A stretch of 64,000 nucleotides of DNA. Origin: Alphaproteobacteria bacterium. Lineage in GTDB: Bacteria > Pseudomonadota > Alphaproteobacteria > JAAXGF01. The stretch is from contig CAUVXB020000002.1 of assembly GCA_963555825.3 (NCBI GenBank), positions 1,152,001-1,216,000 of the forward strand, written 5' to 3'. Below, piece after piece: positions 1 to 8,357 of this stretch. The translations under genes were made by a program, and so were the position numbers. The notes under the pieces were generated by a model. That model had not been told where the DNA came from, ran no database searches, and worked only from the letters and a program-made list of their open reading frames with translations. The stretch's first letter is position 1. Every line of letters starts with the position of its first letter.

Positions 1-170
1 AGCAGTAAACATTTACGCGGCGGCATGCCGCGCTGGGCATAAAATGTATACTGCTTACGTTTAAGATAGGGAGGATCGCCACGGTGGGTTGCGGCGGGCC
101 GTCTTCGCCTTGACACGGCCGGCCGTTCGCGGGCTCAGTGGGCGCGCGCCAACGAACGGGGAGTAGACCG

Positions 171-797
171 ATGCCGCTCGAACTGTGGCTCGCTTTCGTC
201 GCCGCGAGCAGCGTGTTGCTCGCCGTTCCGGGACCGACCATCATGCTGGTGGTCAGCTACGCGCTGGGGCGCGGCAGGCAATCCGGCTGGGCGACCGTGC
301 CGGGCGTGACTCTCGGCGACTTCACCGCGATGACGATTTCATTGCTCGGCGCCGGCGCGGTGCTCGCCGCCTCGGCCGCGCTGTTCACCGCGCTCAAGCT
401 GGCCGGCGCCGCTTATCTCATCTGGCTCGGCATCCAGCTCTGGCGCGCCGACGTATCGTCTGGGGACCTGGCCGCGACGGCCGTCGTGCTCGGACCGCGT
501 CGCATGTTCGCGAACGCCTATGCCGTCACCGCGCTGAACCCAAAGAGCATCGTCTTCTTCATCGCCTTCGTGCCGCAGTTCGTCGCGACCGACCGGCCGC
601 TGCTGCCGCAGTTCGTCATCCTCGAGGTCACCTTCCTGGCACTCGCGGCGATCAACGTCGCGCTGTGGGCGGTGCTCGCCGGCGAAATGCGCGCGCGCTT
701 TCGCGAACCGGCGACGCTGCGCCTGGTCAACCGGATCGGCGGCGGCTTCCTGATCGGCGCGGGGCTGTTGACCGCGGCCGTACGGCGCGGTGTGTAG
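171..797 (+). CDS. LysE/RhtB family amino-acid exporter
   Basis: N-terminal PGP motif (AVPGPTIMLVVSYALGRG), GAAYLIWLG, LNPKSIVFF; hydrophobic; ATG at 171 after GGAG. Confidence 0.9.
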   Translation: MPLELWLAFVAASSVLLAVPGPTIMLVVSYALGRGRQSGWATVPGVTLGDFTAMTISLLGAGAVLAASAALFTALKLAGAAYLIWLGIQLWRADVSSGDLAATAVVLGPRRMFANAYAVTALNPKSIVFFIAFVPQFVATDRPLLPQFVILEVTFLALAAINVALWAVLAGEMRARFREPATLRLVNRIGGGFLIGAGLLTAAVRRGV

Positions 798-940
798 AGT
801 TTTGTGCGTTTGATTCGACTCGGACCAAATCTACCAGCCCGCGCCAATCTAATTGGGACAAGAGACGGGCCGCCGACCGTTCGGCCACCCTTGATCCAAT
901 AAGACTGGCGAGCGCGGCGATTGACCGCAAAAATACTCTA
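795..940 (+). repeat. Structured intergenic repeat, family A, copy 1
   Basis: Shares CTACCAGCCCGCG, GGGCCGCCGACCGTTCGGCC and GCGCGGCGATTGA.CGCA with copies near 32.9, 44.4 and 63.0 kb; TAGAGT...ACTCTA ends coincide with two convergent stop codons. Confidence 0.75.
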
Positions 941-2086
941 CTGGCGGCGCGGCCGGGCGACCAGCCCCGCCGCGACGACCAGGGCCGCCGCCGCCGCGAG
1001 CGATGGTGCGGTGAAGCCGCCGCCCAGGTCATGGACGACGCCGGCGAAGGTCGGGCCGATCATCTGGCCGAGACCGAAGGCCGCGGTCATCAGCGCCAGC
1101 AGGCGGCGCGGGTCGCCGGCCGCCAGGCCACGGGCGTGGATCAGGCCCAGCGCAGTGATGCCCATGAAGGTGCCGCCGAGCAGCGCCGCGGCGAGGAGGA
1201 CGGCGGCCGGGTCGGCGATAAGCGCGCTGATCGCGACGCCGACGGCCTCGACCAAGCAGGCGAGCGCGAAGCCGCGGTCGTTGCCCCAGCGACGCCCGAT
1301 CCAGGCCCAGAGCGCGACCGACGGGACGGCGGCGAGACCGACGGCCAGCCAGACCACCGGCTCGATCGCGCGCAAGGACGGCTCGGCGCGCACCATCGTC
1401 GAAATGAAGGTCGCGGTGATGACATAGCCGAAGCCGAACAGGCCGTAAGCGACGGTCAGCGCCGCCAGTCGGCGGTCCCTCCTGTCTATCGGCTGCGTAT
1501 CAGAAGGTGCCTCGACGGGCAGGCCACGCGGCACCAGCCGGGCCGCCGCGCCGAGCGCGCCAAGCGAGAGCGCACCGTTGGCGAGCCACTGTGCGCGCCA
1601 GCCGAAACCGGCCAACGCGGCGACGAGCACCGCAGAGACCGCGATGCCGACGCCGACGCCGGCGAAATGCAGCGCCGCAAGACCGGGCCGTCCGGCCGCC
1701 GCCAGCCGGTCGAGCACCAGCGCCGAGGCGAACACCAGCACGAAGGCGCTGGCCGCCCCGCCGGCCAGGCGCAGCAACACGAACGCGGTCATCGACCCGA
1801 CGAACCCCATGGCGCCGGTCGTCAGCGCGCTCAGCCCGAGCCCCGCGAGGAACCAGGCGCGCCGCCCGCCGGGCAGCGCGCCCGCCGAGGCGGCCAGCGC
1901 GCCGGCGAGATAGCCGAGGAAGTTGGCCGACGCGATGACGCCGGCCGCCGGCGCGCTCAAACCGAGATCGTCGACCATGAACGGCAGGATCGGCGTATAG
2001 ACGAAGCGCCCGACGCCCATCGCCGCGGCGAGCGCGATCAGGCCACCGAACGCGATGCCGGTAGCGTGGCGGGATTCGGACTTCAT
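938..2086 (-). CDS. YbfB/YjiJ-like MFS transporter
   Basis: AMGVGRFVYTPILP and ASANFLGYLAGAL motifs; multiple TM segments. Confidence 0.88.
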   Translation of the reverse strand: MKSESRHATGIAFGGLIALAAAMGVGRFVYTPILPFMVDDLGLSAPAAGVIASANFLGYLAGALAASAGALPGGRRAWFLAGLGLSALTTGAMGFVGSMTAFVLLRLAGGAASAFVLVFASALVLDRLAAAGRPGLAALHFAGVGVGIAVSAVLVAALAGFGWRAQWLANGALSLGALGAAARLVPRGLPVEAPSDTQPIDRRDRRLAALTVAYGLFGFGYVITATFISTMVRAEPSLRAIEPVVWLAVGLAAVPSVALWAWIGRRWGNDRGFALACLVEAVGVAISALIADPAAVLLAAALLGGTFMGITALGLIHARGLAAGDPRRLLALMTAAFGLGQMIGPTFAGVVHDLGGGFTAPSLAAAAALVVAAGLVARPRRQ

Positions 2087-2154
2087 CGCTCCAGGATATC
2101 AGGCGGCGCGGCCCGTCACCATGTATGGGGACCGAGCACAATGCACAAAACAAA

Positions 2155-2178
2155 CCGGGCGGGGTTGCCCCCGCCCGG
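2155..2178 (-). terminator. Rho-independent terminator
   Basis: CCGGGCGGGG/CCCCGCCCGG stem followed on the minus strand by TTTGTTTTG, downstream of the CDS ending at 2205. Confidence 0.65.
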
Positions 2179-2204
2179 CGTCATTGACTCCAGGGGTTGA
2201 TTGT

Positions 2205-2678
2205 CTAGCCAAGGATCTCCCAGCTGCCGTCGGGTTGGCGGCAGGCGGTGCCGTAGGCCGACTGCAGCTCGCCGCCGACGGTGACGGTCTGCTGGTATTC
2301 GCGGCAGTAGCGGCCGGTCTCGGACTGATAGGTCGCGGTCGGCGTGATGGAACCCGAATTGCCGCTGTCGGGGTTGATCCAGGATGAGGTCGCGCCGGTC
2401 GGTTGATACTCGAGCGTCTGCTGCGCGTTGCGCTCGGCATAGGCGATGTCGGCCTTGTCGAGCGAGCGGCCGACCTCGTTGCCGAGCAGCCCGCCCAGAA
2501 GTACGCCCGCGCCGACGGCGGCGAGCTGGCCCGTGCCCGAGCCGATCTGGCTGCCCGCCAGGCCGCCGAGACCGGCGCCGATCAGCGTGCCCAGCGTCTG
2601 CTTGTCGCCCTGATCCGAAACGCAGGCGCCGAGCGACAGCGCGGCGGCGAAGACGATGGCGATCGATGGATTCTTCAT
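2205..2678 (-). CDS. 17-kDa surface antigen (RT0821/Lpp0805-like) glycine-zipper lipoprotein
   Basis: Lipobox LGAC, glycine zipper GAGLGGLAGSQIG, C-terminal CREYQQTV...ACRQPDGSW. Confidence 0.88.
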   Translation of the reverse strand: MKNPSIAIVFAAALSLGACVSDQGDKQTLGTLIGAGLGGLAGSQIGSGTGQLAAVGAGVLLGGLLGNEVGRSLDKADIAYAERNAQQTLEYQPTGATSSWINPDSGNSGSITPTATYQSETGRYCREYQQTVTVGGELQSAYGTACRQPDGSWEILG

Positions 2679-2956
2679 GGTTCGAATGCCTCTTTCATGT
2701 GAGCCGTGCAGCTCTCGAACTGTATATAAACATAGATGCAAATATGATGTCAATAGTTTTTTCACATCTACCAATAAATTTGCCGATATAATGTTTAATT
2801 ATTGATTTTAGTTGTTTTGGGGAACCTACTAACGTCGACACACCGCCAGATCGCCAAAATTCTGACATATGCATATATGTTTGTGTGCAAAAATAGTTGC
2901 AAAGTTCCGACGAAAGCGCTATCATCCATCTCATGTTCGATGGTCAGGAACGTCAG

Positions 2957-3367
2957 ATGGCTCTGAAGTACAACGGCGCGCAGCGCGAGGAATACTTCAA
3001 CATGATCAGCCGTGTCGGCAGTCATTGGCTCGACGTGTTCGAGGGCCGGCCGGAATTCTACTCGGCGATTTTCTGGGATCTGTTCACCGGCATGTGGCTC
3101 AACAAGGGACCGGTCAGGAAGACCGACGTGCTGGGATTCATGAAGGCGGTCAAGAGCCCGCACACCGCGGCCAAATACGTCGACACCGCGGTGCGCCGCG
3201 GCATGCTGATCGAGTCGGACAACCCCGACGATGCGCGTTCCAAGCTGCTCGCGCTGTCGCCCGACATGAAGCAGCGTCTCGACGGCTTTCTCGACGCCGC
3301 GGTCAGCGAGGTGCGCAAGACCTGCCGCGTGCTCGACGTCAAGGGCCCCTCGCCCGAGGAGCCGTAG
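2957..3367 (+). CDS. MarR-like winged-helix protein
   Basis: wHTH wing motif NPDDARSKLLALS; host-like codon use; start could be 2933. Confidence 0.65.
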   Translation: MALKYNGAQREEYFNMISRVGSHWLDVFEGRPEFYSAIFWDLFTGMWLNKGPVRKTDVLGFMKAVKSPHTAAKYVDTAVRRGMLIESDNPDDARSKLLALSPDMKQRLDGFLDAAVSEVRKTCRVLDVKGPSPEEP

Positions 3368-3499
3368 GCGCGCTCGATCGCGCCCATCCCCTGTCGAGCG
3401 ACCCCCCTTTCGCGCCCCGGCGAGGCGTTCCGCGGCACGAACGGTTGCGCCGCGCCGAACGAGGGACCGCGGGTTCTCGCCGACACCGCATTCGAACGA

Positions 3500-3781
3500 T
3501 CCCGACCGCCCGAGCCGGGCAAGCGGTGCCGCGCCCGAGGTCACCCGGGACGCCGGGATCGGCCGCCCCCGGCACTACCAGGTCGGTCCGATTACGGGAA
3601 GGAGGTCGTGCTGCAGGCCCTTGACGGCGCTTTCGGTGCCACGCCCGAAAGCCCCGTCGATGCCGCGCCTGAGATAACCCAGCGCGCGCAGGTGCCGCTG
3701 CAGATCGCGGATCTGCGAGTCGCTCGCGCCGGTGCCGGGTCGCTTGAGCACGAGCCCGGCTTGTTGGTAGCTCAAGGGCAT
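3500..3781 (-). pseudogene. Peptidoglycan-binding-domain protein, truncated
   Basis: IRDLQRHLRALGY...IDGAFGRGTESAVKGLQ matches PG_binding_1; the ORF stops at 3575 right after the domain, with no catalytic domain; lower boundary approximate. Confidence 0.65.
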
Positions 3782-3792
3782 CGCGTGTCTCC

Positions 3793-3987
3793 TTAAGTGA
3801 CCGCGGCGCTCATCACGGCGAGCACCGCCGACTGTGCCGACCCCGGACTCAATCGGCCCGTGGCCTTGTCGACGATCAGACCGCGCATGTTGATGGCACC
3901 GGTTAATATCTTTATGCCGATCACCAACGTCAGGAATCCGAGCACGGCCCAGACCTCAAAGCGGATTACGGGAATGAGCTGCTCCAC
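3793..3987 (-). CDS. Small membrane protein (possibly truncated)
   Basis: 64 aa with a hydrophobic helix; ends just upstream of the AGGAG RBS of the PG-binding ORF. Confidence 0.5.
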   Translation of the reverse strand: MEQLIPVIRFEVWAVLGFLTLVIGIKILTGAINMRGLIVDKATGRLSPGSAQSAVLAVMSAAVT

Positions 3988-4123
3988 GCCGGCGCTCCCA
4001 AGTGTTCTATCTGCGCCACTCGATCATCAGCCCGTTTCGCGCGAGCAGCAGAAGCCGAGTGGCCGGAAAGGCGTTGCCTAAATGCCATCCAAATTCGCCG
4101 ACAATTAGTCGCCGGGTCAACCA

Positions 4124-4270
4124 TTAGCTGTCGGGAAAGGTCGCGGTGACTTTCCACGTCCCGTTTTCTTTTTCCTTCTCAACCTTCGTGGCTCCCGCAT
4201 CCTTAAAATCCTTGACGGTGCTTTCGACTTCGCTGTCGGGAACACCAGTTAGCTCCTCCCGTCTCGGCAT
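4124..4270 (-). CDS. 48-aa small protein MPRREELTGVPDSEVESTVKDFKDAGATKVEKEKENGTWKVTATFPDS
   Basis: Translated by hand (absent from the ORF track); strong AGGAGAGG RBS before ATG; co-oriented with the cluster. Confidence 0.7.
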   Translation of the reverse strand: MPRREELTGVPDSEVESTVKDFKDAGATKVEKEKENGTWKVTATFPDS

Positions 4271-4442
4271 TTCATCCTCTCCTAAATCACGGGGTTAATC
4301 GAGTCTCATGTAAGAGGGGCGAACCCCCGGGCAGAACCGGGAGCAAGCGGGATGCCTGGAACGGAATACCCGCACAGAGACTCGGTTTTGCAGACGCTTG
4401 GCCCCACATGCTGAACCTCCGTGCTCGGGGGTCTTGCCCCTG

Positions 4443-4649
4443 TTACAGTCTCAAGTTCGTGATTGCCTTGCGGCGCGCATCAGCCAATAGATTTCCTCGA
4501 AGAAACCTGTTAATCGAAATTTGTTCGAGATTGTTTTTCTTCATCCATTCTCGCATCCGCTGTTCAGTCAGTGCATCCGCATTGTCACCGTCAGGTTTCA
4601 AAAAACGCCTCAACACATCGTCAGGTTTGTCGTCGAAAATTGGAAACAT
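4443..4649 (-). CDS. 68-aa protein paralogous to the C-terminal module of the upstream lipoprotein
   Basis: LRRFLKPDG...REWMKKNNL..ISI aligns with LRKFWKPDG...QAWMDANNV.VSI. Confidence 0.55.
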   Translation of the reverse strand: MFPIFDDKPDDVLRRFLKPDGDNADALTEQRMREWMKKNNLEQISINRFLRGNLLADARRKAITNLRL

Positions 4650-4692
4650 TCATCTGCCTTTTTTACAGACCCAACGCTTGAACTGATTCAAC

Positions 4693-6346
4693 GGGTGCGA
4701 GTCTCGCATGGCAGTGATGTCTGCGGCTTGGTTCGTTGAGTTCAGGCAGCGATTGCCATGGCTGCTGCACGTGGACTGATGTTGTCGTTGGCCGGTGTGT
4801 CGGTTGCGCTGATCAGGGCCTTCCATGCCCGCTCGAAGCGGCCGGATTTGATCAGGGCGCGGAAGGTCAGAACAGCCTGTCCGCCGACGATCCGCCAGCG
4901 CATGCCGGAGCGCTTCATGCGCTGTGTCACCAGGGTCTTGTTGGCAGCTTCGACCACGCCTGAGCCGATGGCGATGCCCTCTTCCTTCAGGGCGTGGTAG
5001 CGCATGCGATGGCGATGCTTGCGGAAGAAGGCGAGTTCCCGCTCGGTCTCGGCCCGGTCCGGCGCAGCGGCGGCATCGCGAAGGTGGCGCAGCGCCCGGA
5101 TCACCTTGGCGACGCCACGGGGATCGTGACGGAGGATCTCGCGGTACTTCTCGAACCAGCCGGGCGCCACGGCATGGTCGGACGCGGTTTGCAGATGTTC
5201 GCAAGCATGCCAGAAGTCGATCACCTCGGTTTCGGGCGACAGGGTCTCCAGGAAGGTCCAGTTGTCGGCGGCGCCATCGGCGATAGCGACGATCCCGATC
5301 TCGGGGCGTGCTCGCCTGATGTGTGCGACTTCGCTTGCAAGCTGCGCCTTCAGCGTGAGCTTGCCGCTCTCCGGCATGCGGCCGAGATAGAGGGTCTTCA
5401 GGCGCTTGCCCTCGGCGTCGTGGAAGGAGACCGTGCCGCAGGCAGCCTCGCGCCAGGAGGCCTTGGCGCGACCGTCCTCGCCGGGTCTCAGCGGCACCAT
5501 GACGCCGTCGAGGGAGACCGAGGCGGTGGTCGCGTCCTGCGGTATGCCCTCGGCCTCACGGATGCTGCCCAGCGTCTCCGGGCCGAGGCTCTCCCAGCAT
5601 TCGTGCATGCTCAGGGTCAGGCGCTGCAGGGTGCTCACCGACGGCGTCATGGCGCCGGTCTTCGCAAAGAACGCCGCCGCTTCCCGGGCCGTGCAGTGAC
5701 CCATCATCAGCAGACCGAGCTCGGCCGCCGGCCGCGTCAGGTAATCGTCGACGAGGCCCAGGCTCTCGTCGACCGGCACCGGCGATGCCCCGCTCGCGCC
5801 GCTGCGGTAACGCGCTCGCCGGTAGGTCACCGGACCGAGCGAGGTCATGATCGTCTTCGGCGTCACCGCGACCCGGAACCAGCTCTGCCCGTCCCGCTCG
5901 ATCCGGGAAGCGCCATCGTCCCGGTTCTCGATGACGGCGCCCATGACATCGCGAGCGAACTCGTTCGTGGCCTCACGCACCCGCAACTCGACCTCCTCGG
6001 GCGCCTCGGGGCGCGGCTCGGAACGAAGCTCCTCGCGACACAGTGCGAGCACCCGGGCGGCCGCCTCGACGACCCGAGGAGGCAGGCCGGAAAGATCGAT
6101 GGACGAAGGCGCCGGAGGCGGGGATACTGCCATGGGAATGCTCCCGATGTTGGGTTTCGAGACACGGCATCGTACCGCTTCTGGCGGTGCGGAGCGTTCC
6201 CACCTTCCCCTGCTCGACCCTGCCGTCGTGACAAAATCCTGCCTTGGAGCGGCCCATTGTCACGAATAGCCGATTTCGGCCGTTCGTCTCGACACAAAAA
6301 ACGCACTAAATCAATGACTTAGATTTTCCATACCAGACCCACACCC
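4693..6346 (-). mobile_element. ISKra4-family insertion sequence
   Basis: IRs GGGTGCGAGTCTCGCATGG / GGGTGTGGGTCTGGTATGG (15/19); flanks GATTCAAC / GCTTCAAC (7/8 TSD). Confidence 0.8.
4742..6133 (-). CDS. ISKra4-family DDE transposase
   Basis: SLDGVMV, IADGAADNW, IDFWHACEHL, IGSGVVEAANK and RMKRSGMRW motifs. Confidence 0.88.
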   Translation of the reverse strand: MAVSPPPAPSSIDLSGLPPRVVEAAARVLALCREELRSEPRPEAPEEVELRVREATNEFARDVMGAVIENRDDGASRIERDGQSWFRVAVTPKTIMTSLGPVTYRRARYRSGASGASPVPVDESLGLVDDYLTRPAAELGLLMMGHCTAREAAAFFAKTGAMTPSVSTLQRLTLSMHECWESLGPETLGSIREAEGIPQDATTASVSLDGVMVPLRPGEDGRAKASWREAACGTVSFHDAEGKRLKTLYLGRMPESGKLTLKAQLASEVAHIRRARPEIGIVAIADGAADNWTFLETLSPETEVIDFWHACEHLQTASDHAVAPGWFEKYREILRHDPRGVAKVIRALRHLRDAAAAPDRAETERELAFFRKHRHRMRYHALKEEGIAIGSGVVEAANKTLVTQRMKRSGMRWRIVGGQAVLTFRALIKSGRFERAWKALISATDTPANDNISPRAAAMAIAA

Positions 6347-6412
6347 GCTTCAACCCTCAACTCAGCAAAGTCCGCGCTGAGAATAAAGAAAGCGATGGAA
6401 ACATTTACATTA

Positions 6413-7132
6413 GGGGCTGTCCTAGCTAAGCGGCATGCTTAGGCTAGGATGGCGGGATGTACGAGAGGAAAAGCCGGCTCAGTGATTGGAAGCGCGGTCG
6501 TCTGATTGAGCACTTCGTTGCGGGTACGACGGCTCGGGCAGCAGCCGAACTGGTTGGCGTCCACCGGAACACGGCGGCCTCGTTTTATACTCGGCTTCGC
6601 AAGGTGATTGCCGAGGAAATGGAGAAGGCCTCGCCTTTTGCCGGAGAGATCGAGGTTGATGAGAGTTATTTTGGCGGCCGCCGCAAAGGCAAGCGGGGTC
6701 GAGGCGCTGGCGGAAAAGTCCCGGTTTTCGGGCTTTTGAAGCGAGGTGGGAAGGTCTACACGGCGATGATTCCCAATGCCCGGACTGCCACGTTGATGCC
6801 GATTATGGAGCGTATGATCCGGCCTGACAGCATCGTCTATACGGACGGCTTTTCGAGCTATGATGCCCTGGACGTTTCGGACTTCCACCATGTTCGGATC
6901 AATCACTCGGAGCGGTTCGTCGACGAGCGGAGCCATATCAACGGGATCGAGAACTTCTGGAACCAGGCGAAGCGGCATTTACGGCGCTTCAATGGCGTCC
7001 CGAAACAGAGCTTTCACCTGTTCCTCAAGGAGTGCGAATGGCGGTTCAACGGAGGTGACCACCGAGAACTGCTTAACCAATTGAAGACATGGATTATTTT
7101 GAGACAGAAACGCCCTTAGCTAGGACAGCCCG
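6413..7132 (+). mobile_element. IS1595-family (IS1016-like) element, copy 1
   Basis: 720 bp; IR GGGCTGTCCTAGCTAAG; perfect 8-bp TSD TTACATTA at 6405-6412 and 7133-7140. Confidence 0.93.
6457..7119 (+). CDS. IS1595-family transposase
   Basis: EVDESYFGG, KRGRG, VYTDG, HINGIENFW, LKECEWRFN motifs. Confidence 0.95.
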   Translation: MYERKSRLSDWKRGRLIEHFVAGTTARAAAELVGVHRNTAASFYTRLRKVIAEEMEKASPFAGEIEVDESYFGGRRKGKRGRGAGGKVPVFGLLKRGGKVYTAMIPNARTATLMPIMERMIRPDSIVYTDGFSSYDALDVSDFHHVRINHSERFVDERSHINGIENFWNQAKRHLRRFNGVPKQSFHLFLKECEWRFNGGDHRELLNQLKTWIILRQKRP

Positions 7133-8224
7133 TTACATTATTCGCATCCATCCAGGCTTGTATCGTGTCTCTGTTCCCAACGACGATATTGTTACCGTCA
7201 GGCTTCCAGAATTTTCTGAGGGTGATGCCAGCGTCGTCCTTTTCGAATTTTCCTTTAACAATATTCTTAATTTCCTCATCTGCCTGCCCTTCCTTGACCC
7301 CAGAATCCTTTTGAACGGCCTGCAGGGCGCCGAGAAAGGTACCTGCTTGGTAGTAGATGTGCAGATCCGAGAGCGCCTGCTCGAACGAGTAGACCTCCAA
7401 AGTCTGACCACTACCTTTGAGAATTGGAATCAGGGCCTTCTTACGCTCGGCGTTCATCGCCGTGATGAGCACCGGGACGGTCTTCTGTTGGAAAAAATTC
7501 TTGTTGATCGAGGTCCGCGACGCGCTCGTGCCGCCGGAGATAGCGGCGATAATTGCCTTCGTCGAGGCCGCACCGACGAGAGTGCCCGCCAGATCGAGGC
7601 CGATCACCAAAATGTCTGCTGCGGTATCCAGTTGTGCCTTATCGACGGCAAATCTTCTGATAAACTTAATGTACTGAATGTTCATCAGCGTTAGCCTCAC
7701 GCCAATAAACTCGTTGCGTTTGTCGAGTCTTTCATTCGGCTTAGTAGCATAAAAGCCTGTTACTGTTACCTGTTTTGTCTTGAGCTCGTCCTCCAGATCC
7801 TGAATATCCTGGTCTACGTTGAACGACTGGTCCGGTGCGCCCGGTTTCGTGATTGCGCCGCATCCCCCTACAGCGAGGCCGCAGCAAACCAACAATGCCG
7901 GAAATATTGCCCTGAGTCTCATCGCCGCCTCCCCTGCGCATCGGCAGCGCGGGAGGCTCGTCGGCGTTTCCCGGACCGCAGACACGCTATGTTATCTTGG
8001 CGGTCGTTGCGCCGCCGAGAAATGATAGCAATTTCTAACCGTTTAGCAATTTTTTAGTTGTTGTTTCAACCGGTAACGGAAAAAGACTATGACGTGTCGC
8101 CACAGGCGTCGACACGCAGCCGCTAGGCTCGTGAGGTCGTCGGCCGGCGAACCGATATGCGGACGAAAATGAGACCCGCGGCGGAAATGAGACCCGCGGC
8201 GGAGACGCGCGCCGCAGGATTGGG

Positions 8225-8310
8225 GCGGCTTGCCTGGACACCGCGGTCGGCGAGGTGTGCAAGACCGGCCGCGTGCGCGACGTCAAGGCCCCTCGCCCGA
8301 GGGGCCGTGA
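8225..8310 (+). repeat. Degenerate direct copy of the 3' end of the wHTH gene (3281-3367)
   Basis: CCGCGGTCGGCGAGGTGTGCAAGACCGGCCGCGTGCGCGACGTCAAGGCCCCTCGCCCGAGGGGCCGT versus CCGCGGTCAGCGAGGTGCGCAAGACCTGCCGCGTGCTCGACGTCAAGGGCCCCTCGCCCGAGGAGCCGT. Confidence 0.85.
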
Positions 8311-8357
8311 GGGACGCGCCGCCCGCACCCGCGCATCCCGGTCGGGGCGGCGGTGCC

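Larger units (their letters stand above)
4663..7922 (-). pseudogene. Uncharacterised lipoprotein (289 aa reconstructed) interrupted by two IS elements
   Basis: Lipobox AVGGC and GGGGAGG RBS; removing both IS and their TSDs restores the frame ...WMDANNVNVSIAFFILSADFAELRVEAVQALGL* (790+58+22=870 nt). Confidence 0.8.

Noticed and set aside
185-2200. 671-aa Arg-rich ORF and similar long shadow ORFs (19851-21932, 38326-40464, 48964-51093, 55712-57376)
   Set aside because: They overlap well-supported genes in other frames or strands; typical high-GC artefacts.
2718-2732. GAAC-N7-AAAC possible LexA box
   Set aside because: One half-site is mismatched and it lies in an AT-rich promoter; not convincing.
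4311-4445. Retron msr/msd interpretation of the stem-loop
   Set aside because: No reverse transcriptase in the window.
7089-7694. 201-aa ORF starting inside the IS end
   Set aside because: Antisense to the lipoprotein gene; produced by the IS outward frame.
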